Shown: positions 27,902-39,100 of the stretch, one piece after another
How positions within the stretch are numbered: the stretch's first letter is position 1
How the letters are laid out: the number at the start of each line of letters is the position of its first letter
Source of the DNA: Dehalococcoidia bacterium
GTDB lineage: Bacteria; Chloroflexota; Dehalococcoidia; DSTF01; WHTK01
NCBI GenBank assembly: GCA_965197795.1
Contig: OZ240228.1
Location: 171,765 to 235,764 of the forward strand
Length of the DNA stretch: 64,000 bases
Direction of reading: 5' to 3'
Translations under genes and position numbers: made by a program
The notes under the pieces: generated by a model
What the model was told of the DNA's origin: nothing
Database searches by the model: none
The model's input: the letters and a program-made list of their open reading frames with translations, nothing else

Positions 27902-28897
27902 ATGCTGACGCTCAGCCACCTGCGGATCCTCGCCGTGCGCACCGTCAAGGAGTTCGGCGACGACAACTGCTCTCAGATGGCCGCGGCCATCTCCTACTAC
28001 GTCCTGTTCTCTCTGTTCCCGTTGCTGATCTTCTCCGTCGGCGTGCTGGGCGTCCTGCTGCAGGACTCAAAGCTGCAAGAAGACCTCGTCGAGGTGGTGC
28101 TGGACTACATCCCGCTGAGCGAGGACGAGGGGCAGAACGACGTCCAGGCGGCGGTGCGCGACATCGCCGGCGCCGGCAGCGGCGCGATCGGCGTCCTGGG
28201 CCTGATCGGCATGGCGTGGTCGGGCAGCAACCTGTTCGGCGTGATCCGGCGCTCGGTCAACCTGGCCTACGACCTCGATGTGCACCGGCCGATCGTGCGC
28301 CAGAAGCTGCTCGACCTCGGCCTGGTGGCCGCCTTCACGCCGCTGGTCATCGCCTCGCTGGCCGGCACCGCGGCGATCCGATTCGTCCGCGAGTCCTCGG
28401 AGGATGTGCCAGTATTGTCGGACGCCAGCCAGACGCTCGGCCTGGTCTGGGACGTGCTGCCGCTGCTGGTGCCCGCCGCTATATCGTTCGTCGCTTTCGT
28501 CGCGCTCTACTGGATCGTGCCGGCCACGCGGGTCAAGGTACGCGACGTGGTGTTCGGCGCGGCGCTGGCGGCGGTCCTCTTCGAGGTGGCGAAGGTGGGC
28601 TTCACGGTCTACCTGGCGAACTTCAGCAACTACAACGTCGTCTTCGGCTCGCTAGGCGCCGTCGTCGCCTTCCTGTTCTGGGTGTTCATCAGCGCCAACA
28701 TCATGCTGCTCGGCGCCGAGGTCGCCTCCGAGTACCCGCGCGTCATGCGCGGCGAGTACGACGAGCCGCAGGACAAGGCCCCGAAGCCGCACCTAACCCC
28801 GGGGCAGCGCGTCCGCGCGTTCGTGATCGGCCTCGTCTGGCACCCGCACGAGCGGGAGGAGGCGCACAAGCAGCGGGAGGACGCGGAGGGGGAGTAG
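27902..28897 (+). CDS. YihY/BrkB (virulence factor BrkB / former ribonuclease BN) family membrane protein
   Basis: AISYYVLFSLFPLLIF signature with 6 TM segments. Confidence 0.85.
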   Translation: MLTLSHLRILAVRTVKEFGDDNCSQMAAAISYYVLFSLFPLLIFSVGVLGVLLQDSKLQEDLVEVVLDYIPLSEDEGQNDVQAAVRDIAGAGSGAIGVLGLIGMAWSGSNLFGVIRRSVNLAYDLDVHRPIVRQKLLDLGLVAAFTPLVIASLAGTAAIRFVRESSEDVPVLSDASQTLGLVWDVLPLLVPAAISFVAFVALYWIVPATRVKVRDVVFGAALAAVLFEVAKVGFTVYLANFSNYNVVFGSLGAVVAFLFWVFISANIMLLGAEVASEYPRVMRGEYDEPQDKAPKPHLTPGQRVRAFVIGLVWHPHEREEAHKQREDAEGE

Positions 28898-29112
28898 AAA
28901 TCCGCTGCTGACGGCTGGACTGGGTATCCGCTGGTCTGACTCAAACTAGCCGGCGAAAACCCACCGCCCTAAGCAGCTCCGCTCCAATAGGAACCAGCTC
29001 CGTGCGTTTCAAACCCCTTAAGATTCTGTGGCGCGCGAATGGCGATGCTTATTGCGATGCCGGCTTTGAGCTCACACCCGGTAGGGGTTGAGCCTGATCG
29101 GTGATGCGGAAA

Positions 29113-29153
29113 GCCCGACCGCGGTTAGGCGGTCGGGCATCAAGCCTATTTTT
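29113..29153. terminator. Candidate bidirectional terminator between convergent YihY and FAH genes
   Basis: GCCCGACCGC-GGTTAG-GCGGTCGGGC, a 10-bp GC-rich stem, then ATCAAGCCTATTTTTC on the plus strand and TTTCC on the minus strand. Confidence 0.4.
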
Positions 29154-30009
29154 CGGCCTTGATCGGGTTCGACAGAACGCCGATCCCTTCAATTTCGATC
29201 TCGCAAGTGTCGCCGGGTGTCATGAAGATCGGCGGCTTGCGGACGAAGCCTACCCCTGCAGGCGTTCCGGTGACGATGATGTCGCCGGGTTCCAGCGTAA
29301 AGATCGTGCTGGCTTCCTTTATCAAGGTCGCGACGTCGAAGATCATCGATGAGGTGGTGGACGATTGGAGCGTCTTACCGTTCAGCCGGGCTTCGATTTT
29401 GAGGCCCTTGGCGCCCTTCGGCAGTTCGTCCGGGGTGACGATCTCCGGCCCGAAGGAGCCCGAGTTGTCGAAGCTCTTTCCGATCATCCATTGCGAGGTC
29501 TTCATCTGATAGTCGCGGATCGATCCTTCATTGGCGATCGAGTAGCCGGCGACATGATCAAGCGCCTTGCCCTTGGGGATCCCGCGGCCGCCTTTGCCGA
29601 TAACCGCGACGAGTTCAGCCTCATAGTCGAAATGTTTGGACGCTTTGGGCCGGAGCAGCGGTTGGCGGTGGCCGACCAGCGACGCCTGTGTGCGTAAGAA
29701 GAGCACCGGATAATCGGGCACTTTCATGTTCGCTTCCGTGGCGTGATCGTTGTAATTCAATCCGACGCAGATCACCTTGCCGGGGTTGGTCACCGGCGGT
29801 GCGTAGGATACCCGCCCTTTGATCACCGCTTCTGCCGGTGGTTTGCGCGCAGCACTTTGAACCTTTGCCATTGCGCCGGCGCCGGCGCTCAGCAATCCGA
29901 TCATATCGCGTGGCAGGCCGGGCACCGCGACCGATAGGTCTACCAACCCGGCATCACTCCGTACGCCGACGACCGTCTCGCGGCCTTTCTTGAAACTAAC
30001 CAAACGCAT
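29146..30009 (-). CDS. Fumarylacetoacetate hydrolase (FAH) family protein (2-keto-4-pentenoate hydratase / oxaloacetate decarboxylase-like)
   Basis: 287-aa ORF with FAH-fold metal-binding blocks (KVICVGLNY, ELVAVIGKGG, DHVAGYSIANE). Confidence 0.85.
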   Translation of the reverse strand: MRLVSFKKGRETVVGVRSDAGLVDLSVAVPGLPRDMIGLLSAGAGAMAKVQSAARKPPAEAVIKGRVSYAPPVTNPGKVICVGLNYNDHATEANMKVPDYPVLFLRTQASLVGHRQPLLRPKASKHFDYEAELVAVIGKGGRGIPKGKALDHVAGYSIANEGSIRDYQMKTSQWMIGKSFDNSGSFGPEIVTPDELPKGAKGLKIEARLNGKTLQSSTTSSMIFDVATLIKEASTIFTLEPGDIIVTGTPAGVGFVRKPPIFMTPGDTCEIEIEGIGVLSNPIKAEK

Positions 30010-30059
30010 TCGTGTCTCCCTGCTGTTGGGCCGCCGCCGTCACGGCGCCGACCTAGTTT

Positions 30060-30255
30060 TCCGGATCCCCTTCGATCAGGTAATCTCACATCCGCTCAAA
30101 TATCCGTCCTGAGGTCGCGGCTCGAGCCTTGGCTTCTTCCACCGGGATCTCAACTGACGTCGCGCTGTCGCCGATCGCCATAACCGCGAGTTCGGTTCGC
30201 GCCGCTTCCTCAAGATAGCACGCCATCACGATCGCCTCCTCGACCGTCGCCCCGT
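30060..30255 (-). pseudogene. 3' fragment of a class II aldolase/adducin-family gene truncated by a low-GC insertion
   Basis: The reverse strand reads ...PHGATVEEAIVMACYLEEAARTELAVMAIGDSATSVEIPVEEAKARAATSGRIFERM*, the aldolase-II C-terminal helix pattern. The 5' part is replaced by AT-richer DNA from ~30256. Confidence 0.35.
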
Positions 30256-30693
30256 GAGGACCGCCGATTCATCTGTGTCTGCTTTCAGGCTATTCAGTGA
30301 CTCACGGAAGATGCAAATATCGCGGAGAGTGTCCTCATGATATGCGAGCCTGAAGAAAGGTGATGTCGGAACGTCCCTTGGCTCTTCTGCGCTCAGAATG
30401 TCCCCCGCTAATTTAAGAGGTCCCTCAACATCACATTTGGCTAGCTTGGCTTTTGCTATAGCCACAGCGATTTGAGAAGAATCGATACCCCAAGCTTTCA
30501 TGCCCAACTGGCGCGCCGCATACAGGGTCGTACCGCGGCCGCAAAATGGGTCCAGTACATTGAGCCCCGTCCGTTTCGTTCTTCGCAGGATCCTGAGTGG
30601 GTACTCAAGTGGAAACATTGTGAAATAAGGACAAATGGCGTTTAGCGCGGTTTCCTTGGTATAAGCGAGACGCGTGCGCGTGGTCATCTGCAA
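30226..30693 (-). pseudogene. Truncated DNA N4/N6-adenine/cytosine methyltransferase (beta-class) C-terminal fragment; low GC
   Basis: FPLEYPLRILRRTKRTGLNVLDPFCGRGTTLYAARQLGMKAWGIDSS matches motif X plus motif I (FxGxG) of beta-class MTases. The catalytic (D/S)PPY motif is missing, with a stop immediately upstream. The ORF track end reads through into the aldolase remnant in the wrong frame. Confidence 0.5.
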
Positions 30694-31438
30694 GAGAAGG
30701 CAGTCCTATTGTTCTACGATCGTGGCCCAACAAACTGCACGCTAACGACAGCCGCAGGCCGCCTTTAGAGCTTTCGACCCGGGCGCCAACTGAAATTATA
30801 CGTGCTCGAAAGACTGGGAGATTCCCGAACGGTTCCTCCATCGCGAGGATTAGGGACCGTGGAGTGGGCACCCTCCGGTGCGGGGGACTGGGTATCACTC
30901 GTGCCCACGAGCGCCATTGGCCTTCCTGCGCTCGAAGGCCGGCGCTCCTCTGTAGGCGAGCTAACACTCGTCGGTAAGTTGTGGACATCATCTGTCCTGA
31001 CAGACGAATTCTGATCACGTTCGCCGGCCCCAAAAAGCTCGGCGATGCTTGTTCGAACCCTGGAGCGACGGACGAGCAATTCGCCGCTTACAGACGTACT
31101 GGGTATCCTCTTGTGGAGCAGCGACGCATGAGTGCGACCCGATTGCCTAGCTCCAGAGTGGCGGCCATAAGTCCCCCGAGACGCTCTTCCAACCGTGTTT
31201 TGCGGCATTCTACTGGAGCCCAGAAAACGCAGAAAACAGGTGTGCGTTGCCGCCAACGCCGGCGTAGTTCCACGCAGACGGCGCATAGGGCTTCTGTCGT
31301 TCGGAAATCAGGCTGTCAAACGGGCGCCGTCGAAGCTAGATCTCCTGCCAGGTCCTATGGATGTCGCGTCGAGTCTTGACGCTTCCGCGCCACCCGGTAC
31401 GCTGGCGCCACTGCGCCCGTCTATCTGGAGGAGACATC

Positions 31439-32383
31439 ATGAACGTTGGTTTCATCGGCCTGGGCCGCATGGGCAACCACATGGTCCGCAACCTGGCCCA
31501 GAAGGGCCACCAGGTGACGATCTACGACATCCGCCCCGACGTGGTTGCGCAGCTCTCCGAGGAGCTCAACGTCACCGCCGCGAAGTCGATCGCCGAGGCC
31601 GTTCAGGGCGCCGAGGTCGTCGGCACCTCGCTGCCGGGGCCGAAGGAGGTCGAGCCGGTGGCGCTGGGCTGCGGCGGGCTGATCGAGTCGATGCAGCCCG
31701 GCAGCGTCTACGTCGACCTCTCGACCAACTCGCCGACGCTGGTGCGCAAGGTCGCGGCGCAGCTGGCGCAGAAGGGCATCGACATGCTGGACGCGCCGGT
31801 TTCCGGCGGCACGACCGGCGCCGAGGCGGACACGCTCTCAATCATGGTCGGCGGCGACGCGGCCGTGTTCGAGCGGGTCAAGCCTTTCCTGGCGTCGATC
31901 GGCAGTGAGGACAAGATCTACCACTGCGGCGACATCGGCGCCGGCGACGTCTGCAAGCTGTGCAACAACCTCGTCGGCATCGCCGTGCCGGTGATCGCGG
32001 CCGAGGTGCTGACCATGGGTGTCAAGGCGGGGGTTGACCTTCGGACGCTGGTCGAGGTGATCGGCGTCAGCACCGGGTCGAACCGCTGGATCACCGGCAC
32101 GTTCCCGCGCACCGTGTTCCGGCGCCAGTTCGAGCCCGCCTTCTTCTCGACGGCGCTGTCGTCGATGGACACGCACCTGGCGCTCGACCTCGCCGAGGAG
32201 GTCGGCGTCGAGATGGCGATGGGGGCCGTCGTCGGCCGCGAGTTCGACTACATGCTGGGTCAGGGCTGGCAGGAGCAGAACTTCGATGCTGTGGTGCGCG
32301 CTCAGGAGGATCGCAGCGGCGTCACGCTGCAGCTCGACGACGACAACATGCCGCAGCCGCCGGCCAGCGGTTGGCGGGCCTGA
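31439..32383 (+). CDS. NAD(P)-dependent 3-hydroxyisobutyrate dehydrogenase family oxidoreductase
   Basis: MNVGFIGLGRMGNHMVRNL (GxGxxG) start after GGAGGAG; a 6PGDH-like NAD-binding domain plus a C-terminal helical domain; 314 aa. Confidence 0.85.
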   Translation: MNVGFIGLGRMGNHMVRNLAQKGHQVTIYDIRPDVVAQLSEELNVTAAKSIAEAVQGAEVVGTSLPGPKEVEPVALGCGGLIESMQPGSVYVDLSTNSPTLVRKVAAQLAQKGIDMLDAPVSGGTTGAEADTLSIMVGGDAAVFERVKPFLASIGSEDKIYHCGDIGAGDVCKLCNNLVGIAVPVIAAEVLTMGVKAGVDLRTLVEVIGVSTGSNRWITGTFPRTVFRRQFEPAFFSTALSSMDTHLALDLAEEVGVEMAMGAVVGREFDYMLGQGWQEQNFDAVVRAQEDRSGVTLQLDDDNMPQPPASGWRA

Positions 32384-32401
32384 GCATCTGAGGATGCCAT
32401 A

Positions 32402-32844
32402 GTGACTGAGCGCGCATCGCAGGCAGGAGTACGGCCGTCGCTGGTGGTGGCGGTGTACCTAGTCCCTATTGAAAGCGACCGGGTGCTATTGGCGCGCCGC
32501 AAGAACACCGGCTACGCCGACGGCATGTATAGCCTCGTCGCGGGTCACGTCGAATCGGGCGAGACGCTGACCGTGGCGATGATTCGCGAAGCGCGCGAGG
32601 AAGCAGGGATCAGTATCGAGGCATCGGAGCTGACGCTCGCACATACGCTGATAGGCCGGCGAAAGCCGTATCGACTTCTTCTTTACCGTGCCGCTGGGGT
32701 GGCGTCATCGAGATCAGAGAACCCGACAAATGCGACGACCTGAGCTGGTTCCGACTCAGGGATTTGCCTGGCACGACCCTTCCCTATATTCGGCAAGCCA
32801 TCGAAAGCATCGAAAGCGGGCTCATCTACTCGGAATCGAAGTAA
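32402..32844 (+). CDS. NUDIX hydrolase, C-terminal third displaced by two closely spaced frameshifts
   Basis: Nudix box GHVESGETLTVAMIREAREEAG. After ...GRRKP the family continuation (DFFFTVP, then RWGGVIEIREPDKCDDLSWFRLRDLP...YIRQAIESIESG) lies in the other two frames within ~40 nt. Confidence 0.55.
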
Positions 32845-32901
32845 GTCGAGGATCAGCGCGCAGTATGCAGTTGCGGGGCTCCTGCCCGGAATACTGCGAG
32901 C

Positions 32902-33981
32902 CTAGCGCGGCAGGTTGGCCGCCATCCAGGCGTGGCGCTCCTGCGACACGGCGCGCAGCCTGTCGGGGTCGGCGTGGTACAACGCGAAGGCGTTGGCGTA
33001 GTCCTCCAACGGGTCGAAGTGGGACACCTCAGGCCAACGGAACGTGCCCTCGTACTCGAAGACGATTCTCGTGTGGTCCACCGCCGTGGCTACCGTGTCG
33101 CGCGGCGTCACGATGCTCCAGCCAGTCGCTGCTAGGAAGCTCTGCATTTCGGGGTCGACCAGGACCTTTGCGTAGTGGCCGGCCGGCGTGGCGCGCAGGT
33201 TGTACGCGTGGCCCAGCTCGTGCAGCACGGTCGTGACGCGCTGTCCAGGGAAGAGCACCAGCTCGTTCACACCGTCGTTGGTCGAGAAGTAGTTGGCGAC
33301 GCCGCCGTAGGGCTGCGAGCCGTTGAGCGACTGCCCATCCTGGTTGACCAGGATGGGCAGCGACCCGAAAGCTGGGTTGCCGAGGTTTGAGAGGATGCTG
33401 GCCGGCAGCAGCGATAGCGCGGCGTCGACGTTGGTCAGGCTCCGTTCGTTCCAGGCCTGGGCCTGCGTGACGAGCACGATTCCGGCCGCCGCCCAGCGCT
33501 GAGCCGTGGTTGTCGTGGTCAGCTGCGCGGCGGGCGCGACGTCCGGCGCTGTTGCCTGCGAGACGGGCGCCGGCTGAATCGGAGCCGTCGCCGGCTGCTC
33601 GGGCGTCAGCTCTATCACGGCGGCTTGCTGGGGCTCTGTCGCCGCTTCGGTAATGAACGGCTCGTCGCTGGAAGCGACGAGGCCGGATTCGATGACGGCC
33701 CCGGACTGGCTGAAGCTTGCAGCGCTTGTCTCCGCGACCCGTTGAGCCTGGCTTATCGAGATGGTCGGGGCGTCGCTACCAGGGGCGGGCGCGGGCTGGT
33801 TGGCGACGATCGGCCGCGTGAAGCTGTAATTGCCGCTGACGACGTAGAAGGCAAGGATCGCCAGCACGGCCACGACGACGAGCCACGGGCGCTCGTAGGC
33901 GAGCCGGGATGCGGGGTTGGAGTAGCTACGGTTATATGGTGGTGAGTGGGCCATCCCTGCCTCCGCCACCGGCGCCATCAT
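32902..33981 (-). CDS. Membrane-anchored protein with HExxH zinc-metallopeptidase motif
   Basis: One TM (WLVVVAVLAILAFYVV), a Pro/Ala/Thr-rich linker, and a C-terminal domain with HELGH plus a downstream E/D. Family unknown. Confidence 0.55.
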   Translation of the reverse strand: MMAPVAEAGMAHSPPYNRSYSNPASRLAYERPWLVVVAVLAILAFYVVSGNYSFTRPIVANQPAPAPGSDAPTISISQAQRVAETSAASFSQSGAVIESGLVASSDEPFITEAATEPQQAAVIELTPEQPATAPIQPAPVSQATAPDVAPAAQLTTTTTAQRWAAAGIVLVTQAQAWNERSLTNVDAALSLLPASILSNLGNPAFGSLPILVNQDGQSLNGSQPYGGVANYFSTNDGVNELVLFPGQRVTTVLHELGHAYNLRATPAGHYAKVLVDPEMQSFLAATGWSIVTPRDTVATAVDHTRIVFEYEGTFRWPEVSHFDPLEDYANAFALYHADPDRLRAVSQERHAWMAANLPR

Positions 33982-34165
33982 GGCTCCGGCACCTCATCCT
34001 TGAGGTTCTGCGTCTAGATCACAAAACGGGGCGGGTGCTGCCGTATTTCATATCACGCGGGCTGGATAGAGCAAGCCGGCCGCATCGAGGCGGCGTATCG
34101 GAAGGGAACGCGGTTAAGGACGCGCCTTGGCGCTGCCTGGTACGACGCGTATAATTGCGGGACTC

Positions 34166-34241
<76 letters not shown>

Positions 34242-34344
34242 GACTAATCAGGGCGCACGGCTCCAATTCAGAACCTGGGTAAAACTCGGGGCAAGAAAGG
34301 ATTGGCCGTGCGTCCTTCTGTTAGCAGCTTGCAGCCCCGACCCC

Positions 34345-34470
34345 TAATTACCTCCCTCTCGTTCGCGAACAAGACGAGTTGCTACTGCGCGAGTGGCTCC
34401 TCGTACTCAAGGGCGACGGTCGCTCCCCCAAGACGCGGACTCTACTAACGGCCACTAGCAGGTCGGCCAT
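34345..34470 (+). pseudogene. Possible tyrosine-recombinase (phage integrase) N-terminal remnant adjacent to tRNA
   Basis: Reads ...VREQDELLLREWLLVLKGDGRSPKTRTLLTATSRSAI*, resembling the SAM-like N-domain pattern (L..fL..L...g.Sp.T...Y). It terminates after ~42 codons into AT-richer non-coding DNA. By-eye similarity only. Confidence 0.3.
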
Positions 34471-34651
34471 TTGATTACAGTACAGGCGTGCTAATATGGT
34501 ACCCATGCGAAGGACATGTAAGTGAGCATCCCGTCCCAATAGCACCGAATCTGTCAGACAACGAAGAGCACTTCCGAGCGCTAGCTAGTCCCTCGTGGTT
34601 GCCCGAACGGCATTGCCGAAGGGGATATAGCGCTTGTCTTGAAGCAGGAAG

Positions 34652-34671
34652 TAGTACATGTGTGCTATAAT
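34652..34671 (+). promoter_or_regulatory. Candidate imuB promoter: extended -10 TGCTATAAT overlapped by imperfect palindrome TAGTACATGTGTGCTA
   Basis: The only strong -10-like element in the 240-bp AT-richer gap upstream of the imuB GTG (~45 nt upstream). The palindrome could be a LexA-type operator, since the imuB-dnaE2 cassette is classically LexA-regulated, but the consensus for this lineage is unknown. Confidence 0.3.
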
Positions 34672-34713
34672 GCTCCTTGAACTCCGATCCCGCCCGGAGC
34701 CAGAGGCAAGCCT

Positions 34714-36135
34714 GTGCGGATCGCGTTCGTTTCCATCCCGCGTTTCCCATGCGCCGTGGAGGTGCTGCGACAGCCTGAGCTGGCGCGACGGTCGCTGATT
34801 GTCGGTGACGCGGAAGCAACCTAAGCGTGTACTCGACCGCTCGCTAAGCGCCCGCGCTGAAGGCGTTCGTCACAGCATGACGATTCGCCAGGCGCTGGGC
34901 GTCTGTCCGGACGCCGTCATCGTGCCGCCTGACCCGGTGCTGTACCGCAATAAGTGGGAGTCGATCCTCGATGCCCTTGGCGAAATCAGCCCTGAGGTCG
35001 AAGGCGAAGAGCTAGGTTGCGCCTACCTCAACATCAGCGGCCTCGAACCGCACTATGAGAACGACGCGTCGCTGGCAGAGTCCATCGTAGAGATGGTTCG
35101 TCTTGTCAGCGGTCTCGAAGCCAGTGTCGGTCTGGCAAATGGTAAGTTTCCTGCCTTCGCCGCAGCCGAGCGTGTCTCTACTAACGAGTACGCGGTGGTG
35201 CCCGCCGGCGGCGAAGGCGGTTACCTCGCTCCCCTTAGCATCGGGCTACTGCCGATTTCTCGGGAGATCGTCTCCCGGCTGCGCCTGTTCGGCCTGGAGA
35301 CGATTGGCGAGGTCGCAGCGCTGACGCTACCGGAGTTGCAATCGCAGTTCGGCTTCGAGGGCAAGCGCCTGTGGCGGCTCGCCAACGGCATCGACGAGGA
35401 ACCGCTACGACCCCAGCCGACCATGGAGCGTGTTGAGGCGTGGCTGAGCTTTGAGGCGCCGGTTGCAGGTATAGACGTCATGGTCGCGGCGGCGAAGCAA
35501 CTGCTTTCACGACTCCTGCCGTCTTTGAGAGGTAGGGCAGCCCGCGAGTTGACTCTGCAAGCAGAGCTGACGACGGGTCGTGGTTGGGAGCGTCAGGTCG
35601 TCCTGCGAGAAGCAGTGAGCCAATCCGAGCGACTCGCCTTTGTGCTGCGCTCCTCGCTGCAGAACGCTCCGCCACCCAACGCTGTGCGCAGCATCTCATT
35701 ACGGCTCGGCGGGTTGACGGGGGAGGTAGGTAAACAGCTATCACTGGATAAAAAGGGCTGCTTGCAGAGACAGATAGAAGAAGCAATTCGTCAACTGAAA
35801 GCGCGGTATGGCTATTCGCCGGTGTACCGCTGCGTGGATGTGGAACCATGGTCGGTAATCCCAGAACAACGGCAGATACTCGTCGAATCCGACGCCTAAA
35901 AACTCCGCATGCCATTGAGGTTGAAGTGGCTGCGGATGGCGTTCCACTGCGTCTGCGGTTCAACGGCGCATGGCAAGACGTGACATTGGTCCAACACCCC
36001 TGGCGTATCGATCAGCACTGGTGGCGCTCGGAGCCGGTGCGGCGCGACTACTACCGCGTCACACCTGAAGACGGCTCCCCGTTAACGCTTTACCACGACC
36101 TTGTTAGCGACGAGTGGTTACGACAGGAATATTAA
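34714..36135 (+). CDS. imuB: ImuB (inactive Y-family polymerase-like component of ImuB-DnaE2 mutasome), split by two frameshifts
   Basis: N-terminus VRIAFVSIPRFPCAVEVLRQPELARRSLIVGDAEA (frame 1, GTG start after AGAGG) is followed by a stop. The +1 frame continues as ...KRVLDRSLSARAEGVRHSMTIRQALGVCPDAVIV (track ORF 34799..35899). The C-terminal region (track ORF 35848..36135, RLRFNGAWQDVTLVQHPWRIDQHWWR) is in a third frame. Its stop overlaps the dnaE2 ATG (TAATG). Confidence 0.7.
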
Positions 36136-39100
36136 TGACGTATGTCGAGCTGCACTGCCACTCCAGCTTCTCGCTACGCGAAGGCGCTTCGGCGACTGAG
36201 GACCTGATCCTGCAAGCGAAGCGTCTTGGCTACCCGGCGCTGGCTCTGACCGACCACGATAGCCTGGCCGGCGCGATGCAGTTCGCGCAGGCAGGGAAGA
36301 CCTGGGGTGTGCAGGCGATCATCGGTGCAGAGATAACGCTGGCTGGGAGTCCGCCGGTTGAAACCGGCGGCAATTCGGTGAAGCTGCGGGATGAAACCCG
36401 CAGGAGGCCTTTGGAGTACCACCTGACGTTGCTGTGTGAAACGCCGCGCGGCTATGCCAACCTCTCGCGGTTGCTGACGCGCGCCAACCTCTCGTCATCG
36501 CGTGGCGAGCCGCGGGTGCGCTTCGAGTGGCTGGCGGAGCACGCCGAGGGGCTGATCGCACTTTCGGGCTGCCGCAAGGGCGAGGTCGCCGCGTTGATCG
36601 AACGGAACGAGGCGGTGGTGGCGCGTGAGATCGCGAAACGCTACCGCGACGTCTTCGGGGCCGCCAATTACTTCATCGAGCTGCAAGACAACCTGGTCTA
36701 TGAGGATCAGTCACGCAATGAGGGGCTGGTGGCGCTAGCACGAGAGTTGGGCCTCGGCGTGGTCGCGACGAACAACGTGCACTATCACGTCCAGGAACGC
36801 CACCGTCTGCATGACGTGCTGGTCGCGGTGCGGCATCACACCAACCTGAAGGAGGCGCGGCCTCATCTACGCGCCAACGCGGAGTTCTACCTCAAGCCAT
36901 CTCGTGAGATGGAGCACCTGTTCGCCGACCTGCCACACGCGGTTGAGAACACAGCTCGTATTGCCGAGCGCTGTCGCAGCTTCGACCTGACACGCGATCT
37001 CGGTTACGAGTTCCCGGACTACGACTCCGGCGACGACCGCAACGCCGACGAGTTCCTGCGCGACATCTGCTATCAGAAGGCGCGAGAATACTACGGCTCG
37101 CCGCTGCCGGAGCACGTCGAAATCCGCATCCTCAAGGAGTTGGAGCTGATCCGGACTAGCAAGCGCGCCGGGTTCTTCCTGCGGCTGTGGGACATTCTGC
37201 GTTACGCCCATGACAACGAGATGCCGGTCAGAGGGCGCGGTTCCTCAGTCGGCTCCGTGGTCTGCTTCCTGCTTGGCCTCTCGGGAATCGACCCGATCAA
37301 GTACAACCTGGCGGTGGAGCGCTTCCTCAGCGAAGGCCGGCCGGATAGTGACGTGCCAGACATTGACCTGGACTTCGGGCGCGAGGCGCGGGCGGAGATG
37401 TTCCGCCACGTCTTCAAGGAATACACCACGGAGCGCGCGGCGATGGTCTGCACCTTCATCGAGTATCGCTACGCCAGTGCTATTCGGGACGTGGGCAAGG
37501 CGCTGGGCCTGCCTGAGAGCCAGATCGACCAGGTCGCCAAGCGGATGCACAGTCGCTTCGCCGGCACGCTTGAGAAAGAGCTATCAGAGATGCCGGAGTT
37601 CGCGACCCGCATGAAATTCCCGATCTGGCAGGACTTCCTGCGGCTGGTCAACGAGCTGCGCGGGCTGCCGCGGCACCTGAGCCAGCACTCGGGGGGCATG
37701 ATCATCTCGACCAGCCGTATCGACGAACAGGTGCCGGTGGAAGCGATGGCGATGCCGGACCGTTTCATCTGCCAGTGGGACAAGGACTCGGTCGCCGACG
37801 CCGGCTTCATCAAGCTCGACTTCCTGGGCTACCCAAGCCTCGACCAGCTGGAACGTGGCCTTGGTTACGTGGAGGAACGCTACGGCCACGTCGTGAGGCC
37901 TGCGAAGGACATCTCGCTGGATGACGCGAATGTCTACGAGATGATCCAGCGCGGCGACGTGCTGGGCATCGTCCAGATACAGAGCCGGGCCCAGATCCAG
38001 GTGCTGCTGCGCATCAAGGTCGCCTGTATCGAAGACATGATCATCCAGGTGGCGCTGATCCGCCCCGGGCCGATCCAGGGCGGCGCTGTGCATCCCTACA
38101 TCGCGCGCTGTCTGGGCCAGGAAGATGTCGAGTACGACCACCCGCTGCTGGAGCCATACCTCAAGGAGACGAAAGGCGTCTTCGTCTATCAGGAGCAGGT
38201 AGTGCAGGCGGCGATGATGGTCGCTGGTTTCAGCAGTCGTCAGGCGGAAGACCTGCGCCGGGCGATGAGCCGTAAGCGCTCGCGCGAGGCGATGGAGGCG
38301 CTGCAAGACGAATTCTTCGCCGGCGCCGCGCGCAACGGTGTCGACGCCAAGACCACTGGCGTCATCTACGACAAGATCCTTGCCTTCTCGTCCTTCGGCT
38401 TCCCGAAATCGCACGCCGCCGCAATGGCCGTGACCGCGTTTCAGGTCGCCTGGCTCAAGCGCTACTACCCAGCCGAGTTCTACTGCGCCCTGCTCAACGA
38501 GCAACCGATGGGCTTCTATAGCCCGGAGGTCATCGCCAACGATGCCCGGCGCCACGGCATTGAGATACGCGGCGTGGAGGTAAACCAGAGCGGCGTCGAG
38601 TGTCTGATCGAAGATGAGCCGCCAAGCGCATCTGGCAAGCCCTCGGTTCGGCTCGGGTACAAGTATGTCAAAGGCCTGGCGGAGTCGTCCTATCAACGTC
38701 TCGACGAAGAGTGGGGCAGTGGTGAATACGTCTCTTTGTGGGACTTCTGGAAACGAACGCGATTGTCGAGAGAGGCGATCGAGAACCTGATCCAGGTTGG
38801 CGCCTTCGCCTGGACGGGGATGCACGAGCGTGAGCTGTTGTGGCAGCTCGGCGCGTTCTACCGGCCGCTGGGCGCGCAACTGCCGCTGGAGATTTTGAAC
38901 ATGGGGGGTACCCCCAAACTCCCGCTAGACGGCCAGATCGAGGAGTCCATGGCCTCCAGAGAGGCGCTGCCAGAGTTACGCGAGATGACTCACAACGAGC
39001 GCGTGGTGACCGACCTGCTGATCAGCGGCATGGCGGTGCACGGCAGGTCGATGGACCTCGTCGCCGACCAGCTGCACGAGGGCATTACGCCCAGCCGCCT

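Noticed and set aside
37584-38879. 431-aa minus-strand ORF inside dnaE2
   Set aside because: Antisense artefact of a high-GC gene; DnaE2 is continuous and conserved on the plus strand.
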